64,000 nucleotides of DNA from Lytechinus pictus (lineage: Eukaryota): contig NC_087251.1 in assembly GCF_037042905.1 (NCBI RefSeq), positions 11,472,001 through 11,536,000 on the forward strand, read 5' to 3'. A program made the translations under genes and the position numbers. Below are positions 24,920-59,121 of the stretch, piece by piece. Every line of letters starts with the position of its first letter. Positions within the stretch are counted from its first letter, which is position 1. Below the pieces are notes generated by a model that had not been told where the DNA came from, did no database searches, and worked only from the letters and a program-made list of their open reading frames with translations.

Positions 24920-25830
24920 TCAAGTAAAATTTGACAACCCCCCCAAAAAGGTTATCACAGAAAAATTGTCATTTTGTCTCGCGTAAGATTTGACAAGTAA
25001 AAAGAAAAGATGGTTACTAAAAATAAAAGACTCATTTTGTCCGTGTAATATTTGGCAAGCCTCCCCCCCCCCCCCAGTTTAACATATCGGAGGCGCGATG
25101 GCTCAGTCGGTAGAGCAGGGGTTTCGGATTCCGGTGACCCGGGTTCGATTCCCAAGTGGTGCGCTAGTGCCCTTAAGGCTTATCCTCATTACCAGGTCCC
25201 TCGGAGAGGACCTTAAGCCGTTGGTCCCCTGGTTGCTTGCTCACAGGCATTCGTGCTTTTTTAGCAGTCAGGTAAAAAATCTCGATATAACATAACATTA
25301 AAAAAAAGTGAAGGTCATTTTGTCCTGCGTGAAATTTTAAAAGTAATAAAAAGATGGTCACTAAAATTGAAGTTCATTTTGTTTGTGAAATATTTGGCAA
25401 GCCCCCCTCCCAAAAAAAGGTTTTAACTAAAAATGATTGAAGGCCATTTTGTTCCTCTTAAAATTTGTCAAGTATAAAAAAAAAAATCACTAAAAAATGA
25501 AGGTCATTTGTCCCACGTAAAATTTGACAAGCCCCCCCCCCTAAAAAAAAATGAAAGGTAGCTGATAATGATTGAAGATCATTTTTTCTTGCATAACATT
25601 TTACAAAAAAAAGTGTGTCACTATTTGGCGAGCCCCCTACCCTCCAAAAAAAAGGTTTAATTAATAATGATCGAAGGTCATTTTGTCTCTCGTAAAATTT
25701 GACAAATAAAAAAAAAGTTGTCACTAAAAAAAGAAGGTCATCTTGTCGCGCGTTATATTTGGCAAGCCCCCACCCCCCTAAAAAAGTTTGTCATTAAATA
25801 TAGAAAGTCATATGTTCAAAGTAAAATAAA
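24920..25830. repeat. Degenerate ~60-bp tandem array (GAAGGTCATTTTGTC..CGTAAAATTTGACAAG), probably TE-internal
   Basis: Roughly ten diverged units, interrupted by a SINE. Confidence 0.7.
25089..25285 (+). mobile_element. tRNA-derived SINE
   Basis: TGGCTCAGTCGGTAGAGC A box and GGTTCGATTCC B box followed by a non-tRNA body. Confidence 0.75.
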
Positions 25831-26645
25831 TTTGGGAAGCAAAAAAGAAAAGGACAAAAAAGAGCAAAGAATATGAACAAAATATCCCCATTACAAATAT
25901 TGCTGTGATTCTCATAAGGAGGTGGGGGGGGGGGGGGACTTAACTTTGTACGAACGACATTTTTTTTTTACATCCAAAATATTGACTATGAATCTCAAAA
26001 GGTGGAACGGGCCAGAAATGCTCAACCCCCCCCCCCCCCCCGATCTGCCATTGATTCCAATCGATAATGACTTTTCCCTGCAATACTGATGCTTGAAATC
26101 AAGATACTGAAGATTGATATATTGTAATATAAATTATGAACGTCTGACAAAAAGATAACCAACCGATCACCTGACCGATCAGCTGACCAGTACGTGAATC
26201 ACATCGTAGTTGATCAGTCCCCACAGCGTTTGGAACGCTCACCAAGAATTCAAGAAAAAAGACTGAAAATGTAAGTTTAACCTCAATCCATTAAATTTCA
26301 AATGTCGTAGAAGTTTCCTTATCATGTTTAAAACTAATTAATACCTAAATTGTTACCATCCACTATGTATTAAGGCGTACATTTGCCAAAGTTCTTGGGT
26401 GCAAATAGAAACGGCAATGTCTAACCGGTTTTATCACTGATGTCGCCTATGAGGTCCATACATGTAATGTTTGGACCTCATTGGTACTAGGAGTGGCCAA
26501 AAGCCCAGTATATTTTGGATGTGTCGTGTGTATCGCGTGCATATGACTGATATTCCTTCGCACGCAAGATGATATGAACCCATGGGTGGCCTATGTCAGG
26601 ATTTTAAAACATTATTTAATGAAATTAAAGACTAGTCATCATCAT

Positions 26646-27055
26646 CAGTAGAGGCGCTGGTCAGAAAATTGGGATCGTCCCAGAATACAGGGACTGTCTC
26701 AGTTTATAAGGATTTCTTCACACTAGAAATCTAGGAAAGTTCATTCACCTGTCAAGTGCCGACACCAATCAAGTGTGCTAGTCAATGTAAACATATCAGG
26801 TTTCATAACAAGATTATTGGAAGACGGTAAGTCATGAAAAATAGACGGCGAACTGGGGGGAATTGAGGTCACTGAATCTATTTTTAGCACTCTCAATTTC
26901 CGTAATTGCTGTCTTTGTCCCGTAGGGAGAAGTGAAAAAAAAACGTCCCCATAAACAAGGACAGTCTCAATTTATCAAGACATGATTTGTCTTGGTTTAT
27001 GAGGATATCCTTGTTTTCTGGGACAATCCCAGTTTTTGGACCAGCGCCTCTACTG
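26646..27055. mobile_element. MITE with ~55-bp TIRs
   Basis: CAGTAGAGGCGCTGGTC...GACCAGCGCCTCTACTG, flanked by AT on both sides (possible 2-bp TSD). Confidence 0.85.
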
Positions 27056-27507
27056 ATCATTGCGTCCTCAAGTCAAGACTAGTGAGTAGTGTGCATATCA
27101 TTATCAATGGCAATAAATGGCAGGTATGTTCATGTATCTTTTGCAAGTCCCCTGCCAGTGCGGGTCCCTGTAACTTAGTTGTGGGGAGGGAGTTGAAGTC
27201 ATTTTCGTCCGATATTTGGGGACATTTTTTGGTAGGATACCGGTATGTTAACATGCAACAGTTCGACACAAGCACAAAATCAAACGAATGGGACCACAAG
27301 ATATTCATTTCCAAAATCACTCAAGGAAAAGCGGACCAAAATTTCATCAACATAATATTCATTTACATTCCATATACACTTTGAAATAATTAATCACAAA
27401 ATTCAATTCTTAGCTACCTCAGTGTATACTGTTTTGACAGTCTACTTGCAGAAAATGTAAAGTTTATGAGCCTTACCACAGCTCTTCAGATTCGGTAGCT
27501 TCGCCAA

Positions 27508-27541
27508 GTTTCCATAGTAATGTCGGAAGTGCGCATGCGCA
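27508..27541. promoter_or_regulatory. Compact promoter: RFX X-box + ETS + NRF1 sites (probable CFAP70 promoter)
   Basis: GTTTCCATAGTAAT (27508-21), CGGAAGTG (27524-31) and perfect TGCGCATGCGCA (27530-41); minus-strand donor GTAAGG at 27476-27471. Confidence 0.7.
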
Positions 27542-27725
27542 GATAAATTAGGCAATATCGAAGACAATCTTTGGCAATATATTTACCTTTTCATATTTGG
27601 TTATCTTTAATTTCTTTATCCTTGAATCAAAATGATAATGTATTTGATATCAGACAGGCTAAGTTACCATTCCTTTTAAGCCATCTTGATGAACCGGCAG
27701 ACAACATTTTAGCTAAAACTACAGT

Positions 27726-29994
27726 CATGGGCGGAAATCTGTCCCGAAAGGTAGGGGGGACACAACAGGGGCTGATCCAGCCTTCGCCAATAGGGGGGGG
27801 GGGGGGGGGGGGCGAAAACATTTTCAGTCATATGTTAATCCCCGATCGGCAGCTCGAAGGTAATTTTTGTCTGTTTCATTGAAGGAGTAGTCCTCATGGT
27901 CACTTTTAAGCTTTATCCTTATAAATCAACATAAATATATGATATCATTGTCCTTATTCATATAATGCAAGCGCGAAGCGCGAGCAAATTTTTTTGGAAA
28001 ATTTATGTATTTTTTCCCTAAAATTTGAACATTCTGGGCAATGTTTGTTATCCTGAAAAAGATGTATATACAACTAAATATTTACTACGACCGCGAAGTG
28101 CGAGCAGAGGTTAACTGATGGAAAAGGTACCTGTTAAAGACTGCTTGCAATTAGCCATGAAGACGTTACATATTTCAACAATCAAATAATGCGAGCGCGA
28201 AGCGCGAGCTGAAATTTTTACCTAAAGACTGGAAATTCTAAGCACTTTTTGTAACTTAAACATATAATAGGTATATAACTAAATAATTGATGCGAACGCG
28301 AAGCACGAGCGGAAGGTTTTGAGATTTAGACCTAAGAACGAGACACTCTGTTCATGTTTTGTAAATCATGAAAAGGATGAGTAATTGGGGTCTTTTTTAC
28401 ACTCGGTCCTTACATTAATAAAGCGAGTACAAAATGCAGCCAGAAAATGTTCATATACGTTTAATTTGAATTGATTGAAAGGGTACTTGTTAAGGACTGC
28501 TTGCACTTAGCCATGAAGACGTTACATATTTCAACAATCAATGCTAGCGCGAATCGCGAGCTGAAAATTTTTGACATTTTTTCAAAAAGAATCGAAAATT
28601 TTAATCAATTTTTGTAATCGTGAACAGGGTAGCTATATAACTAAACAATTGATGTAAGCGAAGCTTGAGCAGAAAAATTCGAGATTTAGACCTAAAAACG
28701 GGACACTCTACTCATGTTTTGTAAATCATGAAAAGGATGAGTAATAGGGGATCTTTCTACATTAATAATGCGAGCACAAAGCGCGAGCAGAAAATTTTTG
28801 ATATTGTGATCTGAAACTGGATAATGATTTAAATAGAGAACAAAATGAATATCTGAATAAACATGAGCGTGTTTCAGATTTAGACCTAGAATCTCGGCAT
28901 TTTACACATCTATCAGCGAGCGCGAGCTTAAACTATTTGATATTCCGATCTGAAAAAAGAGTCAATTTCAGCTTTATATTTCAAGCACTTTGTAGGAAAA
29001 TTGTGAGGTGGATATGGATCACACTTAATAAAGAGCTGATATTTTTCATTATTATTTGAGTTTTAACATAGGACCGGGACATCCTTAGGACAAGTCATAT
29101 GAAAATGATGACTATCTTCCTATTCCTCTCACTAAGAGCAAGATGAAACAAAAGGGACAATTTAATAATTAAATTGATATCTTATTTATTAATGCATAAT
29201 GCGGGCGAGAAATCTGATGATATTATGGCCTGAAAACTGGAAATTTCAAGCACTTTTGTAATTAGGAATAGAATGCATCAGTTCAAACATTTTAACCATC
29301 AATGCGAGCGCAAATCGCCAGCCAAAATCTTTGATAAACTGTCATGAAAATCAATATTGAGACATACATAAATCGCCAATCAAAATACGAGTAGCACTAT
29401 CTGCTACGTTTGACTATCAGACTTGAAAAGGGATATTTTCAAACTAAATGGAATACACAAAAATAATAGGTACTGAATAAATCGAATTTTGCGAGCGCTC
29501 AGTGCGAGTAGAAAATGTCAATATTCAGACCATAAAAGCTGTAACTTTTACAGATCACTTTTTTTAAAATCCGTTTGTAAATCACACAAAATAATGAAAG
29601 TTTGATTTCCGAGGTGAAATGTATAATGTATATTGACTTCCAAACATGATATTTAAGCTCCATATTGAAAAATCACCTAACAGGCAATGCGAGCGCGAAG
29701 CGCGAGCGAAAATTTTATATAGTGACATGAAAGATTCTTTTTATTTTCCAAGTTTTCCCCTCATCTTATTTTATTCACTCTGGAAAATTTGACAAGCAAA
29801 AAAAACCAAGGTTTTCGCCAAAAATGTAAGGTCATTTAGTCCAAAATACACGTATTATTTCGAATGTGAATGATGCATTTTTCTCCATCATAAAAGACCA
29901 AAATAGTAGGGGGGACATTTGATATTGTGTCCCCCCTACTATTTTTGGTAGGGGGGACACGTCCCCCCTGTCCCCCCTGGGATTTCCGCCCATG
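27726..29994. mobile_element. Non-autonomous hAT-like element, 2269 bp, rich in GCGAGCGCGAAGCGCGAGC repeats
   Basis: Perfect 14-bp TIR CATGGGCGGAAATC; perfect 8-bp TSD ACTACAGT. Confidence 0.9.
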
Positions 29995-31352
29995 ACTACA
30001 GTCATTTTCTCCCAGCAAAGCCAAAGCCAAAGGCAAGGTTCCTATATTGTTGGAAAACAACCAAGAAATAAATAAATAGAGAAGAAAAAAAAAATCAGTC
30101 GATCCATTCCCCTGTTCAATCTGACTGATATTTTCCCCCTTTTCATATTATTCCTTATAAGTTACCTCTTTGCTAGAAAGAAATCAGGCGAAACACATTT
30201 AGACCCGACAAGAGAGTATAGCCCCCGGCCCTGGTCCATACCGTCCATTTTGCCCAAAAGTTCTCACTCCCAAAATGGACTCGATAGCTCAAAATCACAC
30301 CCCACCTAAAATCCAGTATCATGAATTTAATAGTATTCCGAGAGCAAATATTATAGTCAAGGCGTTATTTTTCACCAATCACACCCCCTACATTTAAATG
30401 GTTCCTTTTTTAATTATTTTTTTTACTGAGGTCCATTTCACTATTTCTCGCCTTCTCACAATTGTCACTTTCATGATTCAATTTGAATTGTTTATTGAAA
30501 TTTTATCGATGGAAAGGCTAACAGTAATTTTTTTTTCTTCTATTTTTGTTCTTATAAATATATAAAGGGCTTACTTCTGGACCTCTGACTATGCAGCTCG
30601 ATATCCCCTCAGATTTCTGAAAAGTCTACTATCAGACACTCTGAAAGGGTGAAGATATCAAAATAATTGGAAATAAAATATATTTTCAATTGGTGATTGT
30701 GAAATCGTGAAATAAATAGGCCTATACTGGGCAAATCAGTGATAACGAAATGTCCATGTTTTTTTTTTTTTTGCTTCTTGAAAAAAATAGTACCCCCTTC
30801 ATTTTAATTGGACCCCCCCCCCCCCCATTTTAACAAACATAAAGTCTCCAATTGAATCGTTTACTCGGACTATATTTATTTAGAGCTGGTAATCAAGTGC
30901 TCAATTTCAGTTTAATCAGTGCATGGACCTCACTTTCCATAATAACTGCACATTTTCAGCATAAGTGTTTAACAAGTATTCTTAATCTCAGTATACTATT
31001 TTATTTCCTTTTAACGGCCTCTCTAATTTTTCCGCTTGCGACCACTTGGATACATTTTGCTAAGGATTGCAACGGTTACAAAATACGTGAAGGCTTCTTA
31101 ACGGCAAGTGCCCCTTTTAAGCTAAGAATTAAACAAAAAACAAACAAAAACACTGTATTAACACAAGTGCGCTTGTGTTCCGGCCATTCTAAATGTTAAT
31201 TTTCCCAAGCCAACTTACTTCATGATGTTCCTTTGTATTTTGTGATATCTATTTTGTCTTTTTACGATCATTTCCCTAATGAATATTCCCGTGTAAATGT
31301 TACCCTACTAGTAAGATGGCGATCTTAAAATAAAATTGATTATATCAAAGAG

Positions 31353-32958
31353 CACGGGCGGATTCTGATTCTGCTTTCGCCAATAGTGAGAGGCGAAAAA
31401 TATATTCATCCACATTTTCCCTGATCGGCCGCTCACAAAGGTGAGTTTTGTTGGTTAATTTCAAGGGTTAGTCTTCTTGGCTTTATTCTTATAAAATTGA
31501 TAATTTCATCTCATAAGCCCTAATTAAATAATGCGAGCGCGAAGCCAGAGCTGATTTTTTTTTGTAATTTCATGTTGTTTGTCCTGAAAATTGAACATTC
31601 TTTGCAACATGATTGATCAAGAACAATTTTATGAAAGGAAAAATAAAGGAGAGATTTAGACCTAAAAACTGGACACTCTTTTTATATTTTGTAATCATGT
31701 AAAAGATGGGTATCTTCCTACATGAATCCCATGAATAAAACGAGCGCGAAGCGCGTGCAGAGCTTTTTAAGTATTCTAATCTGAAAATGGAAAATAAGTA
31801 AGCACGTTTTAAACAAAGAGCTAGCCATGCGTGCGCGAAGCGCGAGCTCTGTTTCTTTTCACTTTTTTTCACAAAACATATTTTATCATTGTGAAAAGGA
31901 AGAGTACTTCCTAAATCAATAATGCGAGCACATAGCTCAACTTAAATTCTTGATTATCCTATCTGACAAGGGGAAAATTTAAGCACTATGTAGAAAAAAT
32001 TGTGAAGAGGATATGGATATGGATTGCACTTAATAAATGATGCGAACGCCAAATACGAGCTGATTTTTTTCAATATAATTATTTTGATATATAGGAACGG
32101 GATATATATTCAAAGCGCATTTTTGTATCATATTCCTCCTAGTAAGTGCGAGCTCAAAATTGTTGATATTCGGATCTAAAAGGGACAATTTGAGGATTAG
32201 GAATTCATGAAAAGGATATAATTATCTCATTTAATATTATAATAGGCGTAATGAGAGCGCAAAGTTTGCCGATATTAATTACAACATGTAAGCACTTTTG
32301 TAATGATGAATATGATGGGTTTATAATTTAATGCAAGCGCAAAGCGCAAGCCGAAAGTTTTGATAAACTCTCATTAAAAGGCCGGGATAGAATTCATATA
32401 GAAGTACATAACTCACTAACAAAAATACGAGCGCGCAGCGCTGGCTGATAATTTTGGACAATCAGACCTGAAAACAAATATTCTAAAATGAAGTACACAA
32501 GAGAATAGGTAGGCCTATTTCACAAATCAAAATTTCGAGCTTGCAGCGCAAGCTAAAAAAATGACATTCTAACCATAACACAAAATATTTTAAGTGCACT
32601 TTTTTTTCTAAAATAAATGGGTAAATCAAAGAAAATAATGAGAGCTCGATGTCCGAGCTGAAATATGTTTAAATGTAGGCCCACAGTGACTTCTCTGAAC
32701 CAGATACTAATATTTGAAGCTCCGTATCAGCCTATTGAGCAAGATATGTCCGAGTCATCGAACAGGTATAAGCGATCATAATTTTTTTTCTTCTAATTTT
32801 CTAAGTCTTCCAATCGTCATCATCTTATTCACTTGTCTTCCTCCTCTTATTTTTTTCTCTTCTTTTCATCTTATCTCTTTCCCTTCTATTTCTCTCCCTT
32901 TTTTGCACCGCCAATATAGGGGGGGGGGGTTCTTTCGTCCCCCATGGATCCGCCTATG
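31353..32958. mobile_element. hAT-like element related to the interior of 27726-29994
   Basis: CACGGGCGGATTC...GATCCGCCTATG; degenerate TSD TCAAAGAG/AGAAAGAG; collinear interior. Confidence 0.75.
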
Positions 32959-33609
32959 AGAAAGAGGTTTAAAATTGAGATTCCCAGCATAAATCAGTGT
33001 CATGGCAGCTCTATAATAGGGCAGTTCCTAGCTACACGGTGGGCATAATCCGCCTCCCCGCCCCCCACATGGTGACGTGTTAAGGCGGCAATCATTTGAA
33101 TTAGGACGAGTGGAGGGGGGGGGGGGGTACCGACAGTAAAAAGGGCATTACTATGAACTACCAATACAACCTTGTTTACAGGGAAACTAGTGACTGCTAA
33201 ATGAGGACGGGGGGGGGGGGGCTTGGCGACTTCACATTTTTCCAAAGGCAAGTAACAAAAAACGTTTGAAATACCCCCCACACACACTTTCAGAACGGTG
33301 CACGAACCGCGGCCGGCCGCCCCTGCAAAAGAAATCGATTATTCTTAAAAGCCCATCTCTGATCTCGACTAGAAATTAATAATATTTATAAGATAATAAT
33401 AATAATATCTATAAAATATAGGGCTATATGTTCAATTCATCGGCATAATTTGATGCTCAAGTGAAGTCATTCATAACTATAATGGTAATTCAGTAGCCCA
33501 TTTGTTTGTGAAATTTGATTGCCTTTTACTCCCGATTTGAAACGTCTAATTTCAGAAATTGAGGGCTGTGTGTGATCAAATTCCTTTATCACCACATTAT
33601 GCATCTATA

Positions 33610-34498
33610 CAGAGGCGTCAATCCTTGGGGGGGGGGGGGGGGGGCGGCAGGGGGGGGGGGCGATCGCCCCACCAATGAAAATATGGGGGGGACAAACATA
33701 TCGTTTTGCCCCCCCCCCCCAATAATTCCGCATGTGCAATAATAAAGTAAGATTGTAATGTTACACAGAAATCAGCAAGCGATACACAACTCGTTCTTTA
33801 TTTAAAATCGTGCTCAAAATGTCCGCTTTTTAGATTGGAATATAAAAATTTTCAGCTCGCACTTCGCGCTCGCATCATTTCTGTAGCAAAAACCCATACT
33901 GCTTTTCATGATTAAATAGGTGAATAGAATGTCTCGTTTTCAGTTCTAAACCTCAAAAGAACTCCCGCTCCGATTTGCAATAGCAATAATCTTTTGTTGA
34001 ATATATGTCTTGTTCTTTATTAAAAAAACTCCATTAAACACAAATTTTTTCAGATCGAAATATCAAAATTTTCAGCTCGCGCTTCACGCTTGCATCTGTT
34101 GTTCTTTTAGATACCCATCTTAATCATTAGTACCAAAAATGCTTAGAAAATCAAGCTTTCAGGTCAGAATATAAAGACATTTCAGCTCGCTCTCGGCACT
34201 CGCATTATCTGTGTAGTGAAATATGTATCCTCCACATGAGTTACTACAAACAGGTATCTTTTTCCTGCTTTCAGGTCAGTATACTAAAAAATTTCAGCTC
34301 GCGCTTTGCGCTCGCAATAATTTGTTGGTGAGATATGTGTCTCTTTCTCATGAGTCATATATATATATATATATATAGGCCTATGTGGGTGTGTGTGTGG
34401 GGGGTGAGTTTGTTTGTTTTGATCGAGTGCCTTTGGAACGTTGATTCATGACTTTGCCCCCCCCCCCCCCCAATCTGAAAAATGGATCGACGCCCCTG
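33610..34498. mobile_element. hAT-like MITE, 889 bp
   Basis: TIR CAGAGGCGTCAATCC/GGATCGACGCCCCTG; perfect 8-bp TSD CATCTATA. Confidence 0.88.
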
Positions 34499-35052
34499 CA
34501 TCTATAGGCCTACAGCAAATATCTCTATAAAAAAAAAGGAACTTGGAAAAAAAAGAATCGATTCCGTTTGTTACGGGACGGCAGCCGGGGTTATACATTT
34601 TTGTGGTAAATTAGACCTTCATTCAGGGATCGGATGAAAATTAATGTAAACAAAATTACATGTAATCTTCAGAAGACGAGCAAAATAATTGAAAACCGAA
34701 GATCACTTAAAAATTGCACAAAGTCGCTAGCCATGACATTATTCCCATCATGGACCTACTCGCATAACTTGGCCGAAGTGTAGCAATCAAAATTTAGGGA
34801 AAACCCCCTCTTGAGTAGGTTAAGCGGGCCCATAAGCGGACCGGAACAATACAAGGAAGTACTAAAGGGATGCATGCCCTGGTTTTTATCTCGACTAGGC
34901 TTATGAGACATATTCTTATTAAAGAATGTCATTTCATTGAAATTGTCTCTATTTTTCACTCAATAAATTGATAAAACGTATGTCCTGAAATTTGTGACCC
35001 TGTACTATGAAGGATGGGGCTCATTTTCCAAATAAGGAAATTCCCGTCCCTA

Positions 35053-35060
35053 TGACGTCA
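35053..35060. promoter_or_regulatory. Palindromic CRE site upstream of PP1
   Basis: TGACGTCA ~310 bp upstream of ATG in CpG-rich region. Confidence 0.35.
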
Positions 35061-35367
35061 TGGTCCTGAAAGTGTATTGCAGGGCAAGTTTGATTTTGTA
35101 GAGAATTATTCTGAAAATAATTGGAATTAGATTATATGAAACTATTGTTTAGGTACATAAAATCTTTTTCTGTTGGAATCTATATTTTTCCTTAATTTTA
35201 GACTCTCGGCTTTTCTCACAGAACAGCTCGAATCTCCGAGCCGAAACAGAATTCCTCGCTCATCACGTCCGATCATTATAACGTACCGGTACACGGCCTA
35301 CTAGAACGGTTGGCCTGCCTGGGTTAAAAATCGCCGATCAATAGTTTCTCACCGGCACTTTCTAATC

Positions 35368-57552
<22,185 letters not shown>

Positions 57553-58985
57553 GGTCCTTGGCAAAGACCCCCTGAATCTACATAACCTTTCTTAAAACAG
57601 CCCATGAGGGCGTGCTCTCACATTGTACCCAATGGGCACTGTCATACGGATGCAAGTAACCTCGTTTGTCCAAGATGGGTGGAGATGATGGCAGCAAATA
57701 AAGTAAATAGTAGAATGACTCATCTGTCTACAATTAATCTAAAATATTTTAATAAAAAACAAAAGGGACTCATGTAACAAGGAACATTTGTGCACTGTTA
57801 AATGATTGCTGTTTATGACAAAAACTATGTGAGTTGCTGAAGTTTGCATTGTTGAGTGAATTTGCAATTAAAAAACTTGCAAACTAATGTAGGCCCATAA
57901 GGAATGCATTTCATGCAGGTTTAATGCCTTGATTTTGTGGTATTATGGTCTGCATTTGAGTGCATATTTTCAAGTTAATAGGTCACAAATCTTTCATGTT
58001 TATAAAATAAGTAGCAATTATAAACTTGACTGCCATGGAAATATAAGGGAAAAAAAGCAATCCAAATTAAAATAAAATGGTAACGCATCTCATTTATTCT
58101 TCGGCATCAAACTAAATCAGGAAGCTACTATGAGATATGCAAAGTAGCTTGCATTTTCTAGCCAGACGTTTCCTAATGTGAACAGTTACCTATGAATGGG
58201 ATGTAAATGGGAACAGAGCTGGTTGCTGTATAATAAATAGTAGGAAGGCCATTGTTGTGATATGTATGATCATATTTACATAGAATAGGTATGTGAGCGG
58301 AGGGACATGTTCACATTTGAGTTTTGGACTGTGCATATAAACTGACTGCAGTTGACTTGATTATGAATTGATTCTTAATATATTAATTACCATTTTAACA
58401 GATTAACAAATGCAGTCTTGGAAAGGGAGTTTTTTTCATGCAGTGTTTATACATAGACAAACATGAAAATGTGATTTATTACTTTGTACATAAGACATAG
58501 AGAAAGTGTGAACACTGGTATATTTCTGTAGCAGTGTGTTTTTACTGGACTGCAGCAAAATAGGGTTTATTAAGATATTTAAATGTGATATATTTATTAT
58601 TAGCTGTGTATATTGATTTGATGTTATCTCTACTTATTTAGCATAATGATGATGTAAATGTTTAGTTATCCATCTTATGTCAAGAAATGCAAAGACCATA
58701 AAAATGAATTTAGGGCTTTCTTATAACTTCAATTTGCCAACTGATTGCGAAGCAATGGGATTCGATAATTTCGTTGAGGCTTGGTATGTAGAAAGTTGTT
58801 GAATCTTGATACCTGTGTTTTGTAAATGATACTCAGTTTTAGGACTAATACAAAAATATAAACTTTTGGTGATTTTAAGTTCAGGTTTCATTTTGGTGTT
58901 AATGTTGATGTTAGCAGTGTACATACTAACAGTTTAGGTGTTGGTGTTCATGAATGAGATTGCCTAATCTGGCTCCTATACTGAG

Positions 58986-59121
58986 CAGGGGCCGCGGAAC
59001 GGTTTTCTAAGTGGGGGGGCTGACCATGCAAAAAATCACAATCATATGGTCACTTTGTACACGGTTTTGGAAAAAAGTGGGGGGCTGAAGCCCCCCAGCT
59101 CCCCTGCTTCCGCGGCCCCTG
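58986..59121. mobile_element. 136-bp hAT-like MITE with 5-bp TSD
   Basis: Perfect 14-bp TIR CAGGGGCCGCGGAA; flanking CTGAG direct repeat. Confidence 0.85.

Larger units (their letters stand above)
23030..26505. repeat. Old tandem duplication: unit A ~23030-23815, unit B ~23965-26505 (expanded by TE insertions)
   Basis: Collinear shared blocks: GGTACTCAC.GGTTCTTTTCTT; CAAGGCGTT; CCAAGAA..GACT.AAATGTAAGTTT; CTTGGGTGCA; 55-bp hairpin; GTGGCCAAAAGC. Confidence 0.8.
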
